Part shown: one piece after another, positions 57,715 through 64,000 of the stretch
Layout: every line of letters starts with the position of its first letter
Numbering within the stretch: position 1 is the stretch's first letter
IMG/VR virus record: IMGVR_UViG_3300027963_000034
Span: 32,001 to 96,000 of that record
Reading direction: 5' to 3' (one strand)
Length of the DNA stretch: 64,000 bases
Source: a virus
Lineage: Duplodnaviria; Heunggongvirae; Uroviricota; Caudoviricetes
Notes under the pieces: generated by a model
Seen by the model: the letters and a program-made list of their open reading frames with translations, nothing else
Database searches by the model: none
Told to the model about the DNA's origin: nothing
Position numbers and translations under genes: made by a program

Positions 57715-60657
57715 CTATTTTACAACATACATAGCTCTAGTAGCCCTTACGGAATCTCTAAGTCCATCATTTATAAGTTTAGAATCTAAATAAACCTTAT
57801 CACCACCACTTGCTTGTTTTGACCATGCTTCTAATAGTGAATATATTTTAATACTCATATTTGAAGTTATTTCCGAATTCACATCCCACACCGCAGTAGC
57901 TTTAATAGAACCCGCTACCGGGCCCGTATTTACTGGTGCCGCACCAGTAGATGCACCCGTACTAGTTGCTGCAGTTGTAACACTTGTTAATGCAGTTTTT
58001 GTCATATCGGTTATAGATTTACTAGTATCACCAATTATTTTACTATTTGTCGATTTTGACTTATTCATTGCTTCTGTTGCCTGTCTTTCAATGTCATCAA
58101 TTGAAGAAATTGCTGTTTGTTTAATTTCTTGTTGTACACCAGTTGCAGTAGTTGTTACTGCGGTTTGGAATGGAGTATTAATACTATATAATCCATCTTG
58201 TACTGCTTTTTGTAAATCCGCAACATCTGAACCCAATCCACCTTCTATCAATTTTTGAGCATTTGCAGCTGTCCATTCTGCTAATTTTTGATTTGACTCA
58301 CTTCCTACTCCAATTTGGCCAACATCTTGACGATATGCACCTCTAAGATGTTCAAGTTGTCTAATACTAATTCCAGGTATAGTAGTTCCCGTTGCGTTTG
58401 AAAGTGCTTTAATTCCACCGAATGTTGCCAAATTCGCAACATTCATAAAATCCGCACCTACACCGGCTACATAGTTACCAGTAGTTTGATAACCATTACC
58501 TCTTAATGCTTTTTTATCATATATGTCATAAGCCGCTTGGCCTAATGAAAATATACCCGCGGCACCGGCCGCATATGCACCGGCTGTTGCTGCGCTCATT
58601 CCACCTGCTCCACCGGCTACGGAACTTACTCCTCCTCCTGAAATCATTTTCCAAGCTCCACTTAAAATTTGTGGTAAAAATGATGTTAAACCACCAATTA
58701 TACCACTTAATAACATTCCAGGAAGTTCCGTTCCCAATGTTCTTAAAAACGCTAAATTAGCTTTAAGTTGTAAATAATCGTTATCAATCATTACATCATT
58801 TAATGACTTTTGATTTTGTATTTGTTGTTGTGCTATTTGAGCCTGCGCTTGTATTGATGCCGCATTCATTGCTTTTGTTTCAGCAATGTTATATTCTAAA
58901 TTTAATTTTTGATTATTTGTTTGTTGAATACTCGCTTTAATGACTGCCTTTGAAGATTTATCTATTCCAGCATCTAAATCTTTTGTATTTTTAGCTATTT
59001 CTCCATATTGACTTTTTCCAACTCTTGCAATTTCTTCAAAATCCATTCCACCCAATGCTTGTGATATTGCATCTTTACTAAAAAAATCCAATGAAGATAA
59101 ATCAACGCCTCCCAATTCATCTTGTAAAGCTTTAACTGCTTCTGGTATTTGACCGGATGCAAATTTAGCTCTTACTTCTGAAAGATTTATAGATTTTCCA
59201 AGCATTGCAGATAATTCCATTTCGGCTTTGATACTATCTTTATAGTTCAATACCATATTTCTACCAGCCGCTGCTATTTTATTAAAATTACCACCCATTG
59301 CTTTTACAGCAATCACTTGTTTTTGTAATTCTTTGCCAGACCTAAAATTATATTGTGCAATTTCTTTTGTAGAATCCGCCATATCTTTCATCACATCACC
59401 AGGATTCAATCCCATCATAATAGCCATTTGACGAGTTCCTTCCAACATATTTAATGCAGATTCAGCGTTTGAATTATCAATTATACGAAAATTAGCCGCT
59501 AAATCAGTTGCCTGGTCTGCACCTATTCCCATATATTTCGAGAATACTGCAACTTCTTTACCTAATATTTGTGAATTAGCCGCACCTGCACCTAAATTTC
59601 CTGCAACACTTAAACTTGCCTCAGCTATATCTTTTGCACTAAAACCTGCTTTAGCTAACATATTAGCCGCTTTTGAACCCAATTGAGTTAATGCTTCACC
59701 AAAAAATGCATTTCTCATTTCTTGTTTAAAATCAGAAGCTGCGGTTTCCATTTGTGCACTAAATTGAATACCTGCTTCTTGTATTGCAAAACTTGCAGAA
59801 TTTTGTGCTTTTTTAAGTGCTATTTCATTTTCAACAATTTGGTCTTTCATATTGAAAGATGCAACCTTACCAAAATAATCACCCAACATACCTTGTTTAT
59901 ATGCAAGATATGTAGCTGCACCTGCTAATGCACCAATTGCAGCTTTTATACCGGCTCCACCATTACCCAACGATTTAAACACATTACCAATCTCACTTGC
60001 CAATGGGACAGAACCTTCCATATTACTTAGGAATGATTCCATAAATCCATCTGCTTTTTGCATATTTTTGGTAAAATCCATAGCACCATCGGAGGTAGCT
60101 TCTAATGATTTTTGTATTTGTTTTCCGGATTCAGAAGTTGCTTCAAACCCATCAACTACTTTTGAATAATTTTTAGCAGCCGCTTCGGTATATTTATTAA
60201 ATTGTTGTTCAGTAATTGCTTTATTTTTAAGCAATTTTCCTAATCTTTTTTCCTCTGAAAAGAATTTATTTTTAGCAGAATCTACTTTTTTAAGGTATTT
60301 TACTTCATTTATTGTTAAATCATTTTGCTTACCAAGTGCAGTACCTATACTTTTACTACTCGCTTTAATGGTTTCTGCAAATTTTGCAAATGTTTTAAAT
60401 CCTTTATTATTTTTATCAATTCCCTGTCCAATACTTTTAACCGAATCATCAATATTTGATACATCCTCAAACATATCTTTGGCTTCTTTTCTTGCCTCTA
60501 AAAGAGACTTAGCCATTTTTTCGGAATTTTTTGCCGCTTTATCATCAACAATTGGTGGAGGAGCATTAGTAGGTTGTGCAGCTGGTTTAGGCGCGGCGTT
60601 TTTTAATCTATTTTTTAGATTATTATTTTTATTAGTAGGTTTTTTGCCTTTTGCCAT
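57715..60657 (-). CDS. Tail tape measure protein
   Basis: 980 aa, Ala/Gly-rich and helical, hydrophobic Gly/Ala segments, SI.AEME.SAMLGK.INL; downstream of tube and chaperones. Confidence 0.8.
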   Translation of the reverse strand: MAKGKKPTNKNNNLKNRLKNAAPKPAAQPTNAPPPIVDDKAAKNSEKMAKSLLEARKEAKDMFEDVSNIDDSVKSIGQGIDKNNKGFKTFAKFAETIKASSKSIGTALGKQNDLTINEVKYLKKVDSAKNKFFSEEKRLGKLLKNKAITEQQFNKYTEAAAKNYSKVVDGFEATSESGKQIQKSLEATSDGAMDFTKNMQKADGFMESFLSNMEGSVPLASEIGNVFKSLGNGGAGIKAAIGALAGAATYLAYKQGMLGDYFGKVASFNMKDQIVENEIALKKAQNSASFAIQEAGIQFSAQMETAASDFKQEMRNAFFGEALTQLGSKAANMLAKAGFSAKDIAEASLSVAGNLGAGAANSQILGKEVAVFSKYMGIGADQATDLAANFRIIDNSNAESALNMLEGTRQMAIMMGLNPGDVMKDMADSTKEIAQYNFRSGKELQKQVIAVKAMGGNFNKIAAAGRNMVLNYKDSIKAEMELSAMLGKSINLSEVRAKFASGQIPEAVKALQDELGGVDLSSLDFFSKDAISQALGGMDFEEIARVGKSQYGEIAKNTKDLDAGIDKSSKAVIKASIQQTNNQKLNLEYNIAETKAMNAASIQAQAQIAQQQIQNQKSLNDVMIDNDYLQLKANLAFLRTLGTELPGMLLSGIIGGLTSFLPQILSGAWKMISGGGVSSVAGGAGGMSAATAGAYAAGAAGIFSLGQAAYDIYDKKALRGNGYQTTGNYVAGVGADFMNVANLATFGGIKALSNATGTTIPGISIRQLEHLRGAYRQDVGQIGVGSESNQKLAEWTAANAQKLIEGGLGSDVADLQKAVQDGLYSINTPFQTAVTTTATGVQQEIKQTAISSIDDIERQATEAMNKSKSTNSKIIGDTSKSITDMTKTALTSVTTAATSTGASTGAAPVNTGPVAGSIKATAVWDVNSEITSNMSIKIYSLLEAWSKQASGGDKVYLDSKLINDGLRDSVRATRAMYVVK

Positions 60658-60665
60658 TGATTAAA

Positions 60666-60896
60666 TTAGTTTAAATCGGAAAAGTCAATATCTTTGAACT
60701 TGGAATTATATTTGTTCAATTTATCAGTAGAAGCATTTATTCTAGAATTTATATCATCAAATGCTTTCCATACATCTTCATCTGAATTTTTAATTTTATT
60801 CAAAAATGCACCTTCTTTATTTTTAGATTTTGCTGTAAAAAATAAATTAAGTAATTTAGAAAATACATTTATTTCAACTAATTTTTGCTTCGCCAT
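60666..60896 (-). CDS. Hypothetical protein (76 aa)
   Basis: Co-oriented ORF between the chaperone genes and the tape measure gene. Confidence 0.6.
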   Translation of the reverse strand: MAKQKLVEINVFSKLLNLFFTAKSKNKEGAFLNKIKNSDEDVWKAFDDINSRINASTDKLNKYNSKFKDIDFSDLN

Positions 60897-60927
60897 ATTC
60901 GTGTTTGTATATAAATATAAATCAATA

Positions 60928-61153
60928 CTATTTTCGTCTAACTTTAGAACTTGCTCCTTTTGATTTATTTACTTGCTCTATTTGTTCTGATTCGGATTTT
61001 TTAACTCTAACCAATTCGTTCCAATAAAATTCTCTTAATTTAATTGACATATAATATACGTCATTCCATGTGAAACCACCATTGGAATTATATATTAATT
61101 GAAAAATCTTTTGATGTAAAGCTATGCTATAATCAGTCGATAGGATAAAAAAA
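60928..61153 (-). CDS. gp51-like tail chaperone C-terminal module, probably expressed by frameshift
   Basis: Y...LH..IF.L.Y...GGFTW.DVY.M...LR.FY; no ATG before the family-like part; overlaps the upstream gene at a T7 run. Confidence 0.6.
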
Positions 61154-61954
61154 GTCAACCCCGAATGGGATTCTGAGAGCCTCCTCCTCACCACTAGCAG
61201 TTGTATATTTGAATGTTAGGTTCAAATCAGGAGTTATTGAATTTGCATATTTTCGAAGTGCTTTAGAATCACCTGCCAATAAACCATTTGTAACAAAATT
61301 GCTTATATGGCCGTAATCTCTAATACCATTTACTTCAACAATCTGTCTCCTATATCTTGCAGTAATTTCACCGGATGTTTTTGTTATTTTTTCAATAGCC
61401 TCAACATCCTTACTGATTGCAATTTCATCACCATGTGATAAGAATTTAAATTTAATAGGAGTTTTTGAAATAGGTAAAACAAATTCATATTCATTTTTTC
61501 TATTTAAAATTTCCTTATTTAATTCTTTTGTTTGTATTTGTGAAAGGTCAATTTTAACATGAGTTGGTTCGCCTGTTTCTGGGTCATCAATCGTTACATC
61601 ATATTCTGCACCAAAAGCCAACATACGAGATGCTACTAATATTGCATTCTTATCACCTACTAAAATATCATTTATATTAACTCCAGGCTCTACTACGATA
61701 GATTCCAACATTTTATTTATATGTTCGTTTCTTCTTATTAGATTTATAGAAGTTAAAATATCTTCTTCTTTTGCAGTTAATAACTTTATTTCAATACTAC
61801 CTTTTGATAAAGGATGATTTTCTGGATAACATAATCCTTCCGATGGAAGTGAAATTATCTCTGTTGCAAATGGGAATGTTTTTGGTAATGCAGTTGGATA
61901 TGCAGTTGGTGTGATACCACCTCTTGTAACTTGTTGTTCAATGTTTTGTTCCAT
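61133..61954 (-). CDS. gp26-like baseplate hub / tail assembly chaperone
   Basis: LPSEG..YP, TAKEEDIL, GD.NAIL..SR...FG..Y, ends DFFYP. Confidence 0.8.
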   Translation of the reverse strand: MEQNIEQQVTRGGITPTAYPTALPKTFPFATEIISLPSEGLCYPENHPLSKGSIEIKLLTAKEEDILTSINLIRRNEHINKMLESIVVEPGVNINDILVGDKNAILVASRMLAFGAEYDVTIDDPETGEPTHVKIDLSQIQTKELNKEILNRKNEYEFVLPISKTPIKFKFLSHGDEIAISKDVEAIEKITKTSGEITARYRRQIVEVNGIRDYGHISNFVTNGLLAGDSKALRKYANSITPDLNLTFKYTTASGEEEALRIPFGVDFFYPID

Positions 61955-61994
61955 AATATATAACTATTGTGTTTATTATATATATTATGTTTTT

Positions 61995-62033
61995 AAAAAA
62001 ATAAAAAGGGGATAACATTTCTGCATCCCCTTC
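61995..62033 (-). terminator. Intrinsic terminator after the tail tube gene
   Basis: Minus strand GGGGATGC-AGAAAT-GTTATCCCC hairpin followed by TTTTTATTTTTTT. Confidence 0.75.
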
Positions 62034-62054
62034 TTTTTTATAATTTGAATATTA

Positions 62055-62546
62055 TTAGTATTCTAATATTGCGTAATCGTAAGAAATTGTTAATTCGATA
62101 GATACAGGGTCAGTTGTGTTTGACCAATCTAATTCACCGAAATTAGCTTGAGAAATAAATGCTCCAACTAATGACCATTCTTCTACAACATCACCTACTG
62201 GTCCTAATAATTGGAATGTAAGTTGTTTTTTGTAGAAAGCAGAATAACCATCTCTACCTGTCAATGATTCGTGTGATTGTCTAATCCACTCCATTACTTG
62301 TTGTGCTCCAGATGGAACAATTGGGTCATAAAGTGTAATTGTTATATCATCCCAAGTTGATTTACCTTTAATCTTTCTCTTTACGTTTATATGGTCTAAT
62401 TCAACTACTTCCGATGTGAAAGTTGGTCTACTTGCTGTTTTGATGATGTAAGATTCGATACCATCAACTGTCATAATAAATCTATTCTGAAGTTTTGGTT
62501 CAAACTCTTTGTAAAACATCTTGTCAAATCCTAATATTGTTGGCAT
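62055..62546 (-). CDS. Tail tube protein (gp19-like)
   Basis: FEPK..NRF, RP, W.DITITLYDPI, W...GAF.....FG.LDW, L.ISYDYA. Confidence 0.9.
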   Translation of the reverse strand: MPTILGFDKMFYKEFEPKLQNRFIMTVDGIESYIIKTASRPTFTSEVVELDHINVKRKIKGKSTWDDITITLYDPIVPSGAQQVMEWIRQSHESLTGRDGYSAFYKKQLTFQLLGPVGDVVEEWSLVGAFISQANFGELDWSNTTDPVSIELTISYDYAILEY

Positions 62547-62592
62547 CTTTGTTTATATTTTATTGTTCTTTTATAAATATCTATTTTTTAAA

Positions 62593-64000
62593 TTATCCGT
62601 TAAAACTTGCGCCAGTTGGTAAGATGTTGAAATCAATTTGAATAAATTCCGCTGTCTTTGTTGGTTGTAAGTAGATAGCTCCTTTTAAAATGTTTCTATC
62701 AATTACATCTGGTGTGTTGTTTGAATCGTCCATAATTACTTTGAAAGCGTATAAACCTTGTCTACTTTGTATTCCACTTAAATAAGGGTTTACAATGTTT
62801 AAGAATTTAGTTCTAGTTTCTGCTGAATTTTGTTCGAATACTAAATATCTTGATGTAGATGCGATGTACTTTCTAACAGTCAATAATAATCTTCTTACGT
62901 TGATTCTATCTAATGCAGATGGTTTATCTTGTAATGTTTTTTGTCCAAATACCACAATACCTTGTCCTGGGAATTGTACAATTGGATTTACTTTACCTTC
63001 ATATAAATCATCTTTTTCAGATTGAGATAATCTATCTAATACACTAACTGCTCCTACTAATCCACCTCTATTCAAACCTGCTGGTGCGAACCATTCTCCT
63101 GCAACATTGTCGTTTGCCGCAAATACTCCAGGTAATAATACTGATGGTGGGACTGTTATTAATTTGTTTGTGTTTAAATCAATTGTTTTAATCCAAGGAT
63201 AGTAAACTGCTGCGTAGTTTGAATCAACTCCTTGTGCTTGTGTAATAGTTGCTGATAATGATGTTGTTGAGTTACCTGCATCTCCAATGAAGAATGCATC
63301 TGCTCTTTGTTCAACCATATCTAATATTGAAGTCCAAACTGAACTATGGTCAGCTCTATTAACATGCGGTGCAATTACCATATTGATATCATATTCATCA
63401 GCGTTTGATAATGCTGCAATATGTTTTTGATATGCCGCCTTACCTGCTGTTGTAGCTGGGTCTAAATCCGCTGCATTATTGTTTGGTGCAAACCCGTCAA
63501 ATCCTTCTTGGAATGCTACAACAAATTGTCTTTTTGAAACATCAGTTGATACATTTGAAGTTAAACTTAATCCGCAAATAGTATCTAATGAGAATACTGC
63601 ATTTGAACCATTACCTGCAGATGCTGGAATTGGTTTCATATAGATTTTGTTATCTTCATTGTTGTCTAAATCAATACCACTATATTTTGTAGAATCCGTT
63701 ACTGAACCCGTTGAGAATGTTACTCTTGGAACCAAATTTGCGTAAGTTGTTGCAGTTACTGCTTCCGATTGTCCTGCTGCTCTTATTGGTAATTTGTATG
63801 CTGCGTGTGCAAATGGTACTGCTTGAACTGGTGCTTGTTCGTTTAAGTTTGTAATTCTAATATATTTTGAATTATTAACCCAATCTCCAATTTCTGTAAT
63901 TTTACCAGTTGTTGCGTTGATTGTTCTTTTTCTATCACCAATTACTCTACTAATATAGTTTGGAGAATTAGGGTCTAAATTTACGTTTGCAAATGTTTCA
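62593..64000 (-). CDS. Tail sheath protein (gp18-like); 5'-truncated by the window edge
   Basis: Frame is open to the window end (ETFANVNLDPNSPNYISRVIGD); YYPW, WFAPAGLNRG, GQKTL, RINVRRL, FEQN, P.KTAEFI. Confidence 0.95.
   Translation of the reverse strand, partial: ETFANVNLDPNSPNYISRVIGDRKRTINATTGKITEIGDWVNNSKYIRITNLNEQAPVQAVPFAHAAYKLPIRAAGQSEAVTATTYANLVPRVTFSTGSVTDSTKYSGIDLDNNEDNKIYMKPIPASAGNGSNAVFSLDTICGLSLTSNVSTDVSKRQFVVAFQEGFDGFAPNNNAADLDPATTAGKAAYQKHIAALSNADEYDINMVIAPHVNRADHSSVWTSILDMVEQRADAFFIGDAGNSTTSLSATITQAQGVDSNYAAVYYPWIKTIDLNTNKLITVPPSVLLPGVFAANDNVAGEWFAPAGLNRGGLVGAVSVLDRLSQSEKDDLYEGKVNPIVQFPGQGIVVFGQKTLQDKPSALDRINVRRLLLTVRKYIASTSRYLVFEQNSAETRTKFLNIVNPYLSGIQSRQGLYAFKVIMDDSNNTPDVIDRNILKGAIYLQPTKTAEFIQIDFNILPTGASFNG

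Noticed and set aside
61170-61194. GAGGAGGAGG as Shine-Dalgarno for an independent GTG/TTG start of the gp51-like ORF
   Set aside because: It encodes EEE of the upstream gene, is too far from the TTG and downstream of the GTG, and other genes here lack SD motifs. Not fully excluded.
502-63025. All plus-strand ORFs in the track, and the short nested minus-strand ORFs (11769, 21906, 38430, 48874)
   Set aside because: They are antisense or out-of-frame shadows of well-supported genes, with no motifs and mostly non-ATG starts.
1-64000. Bacterial chromosome or giant eukaryotic virus origin, suggested by isc, asnB, recA and GT genes
   Set aside because: Sheath, tube, baseplate, tape measure, T4-like replisome and single-strand gene packing indicate a tailed phage.
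1-64000. CRISPR array, tRNA, rRNA, IS elements, integrase
   Set aside because: No repeat-spacer pattern, cloverleaf or transposase seen by eye; intergenic gaps are under about 170 bp. tRNAscan was not run.
1-64000. Stop-codon reassignment
   Set aside because: Genes are full length in the standard code and end at TAA, TAG and TGA with tight tiling.

Overview
This 64-kb AT-rich window comes from a large lytic myovirus with a T4-like replisome and a contractile tail. It is not a bacterial chromosome. All credible genes are on the minus strand, tightly packed, in the standard genetic code. In transcription order (right to left) the modules are: (1) tail (sheath, tube, chaperone pair with a probable programmed frameshift, tape measure, baseplate); (2) a PhyH dioxygenase, a divergent family-A polymerase and probable head-internal proteins; (3) replication/recombination (gp32 SSB, RecA/UvsX, 5'-3' exonuclease, GroES, gp41 helicase, class II RNR, thioredoxin, clamp, PolB, dUTPase, clamp loader, Cas4-like nuclease); (4) a ~15-kb glycosyltransferase/methyltransferase island; (5) auxiliary genes (2OG-Fe oxygenases, SGNH-like paralogues, cysC, hddA, iscU/ferredoxin/iscA, Hc1-like). 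Nine intergenic TTG-N19/20-TAnnTTnn elements match the Bacteroidota -33/-7 promoter, which points to a Bacteroidota host. The best candidate for an undescribed system is an operon inside the replisome cluster: an asparagine-synthetase-like amidotransferase (ending in a clamp-binding-like LxxFF tail), a GNAT and three SPPY-type methyltransferase-like paralogues. I infer a replication-coupled DNA base hypermodification pathway. All calls come from motif recognition by eye; no database searches were run.
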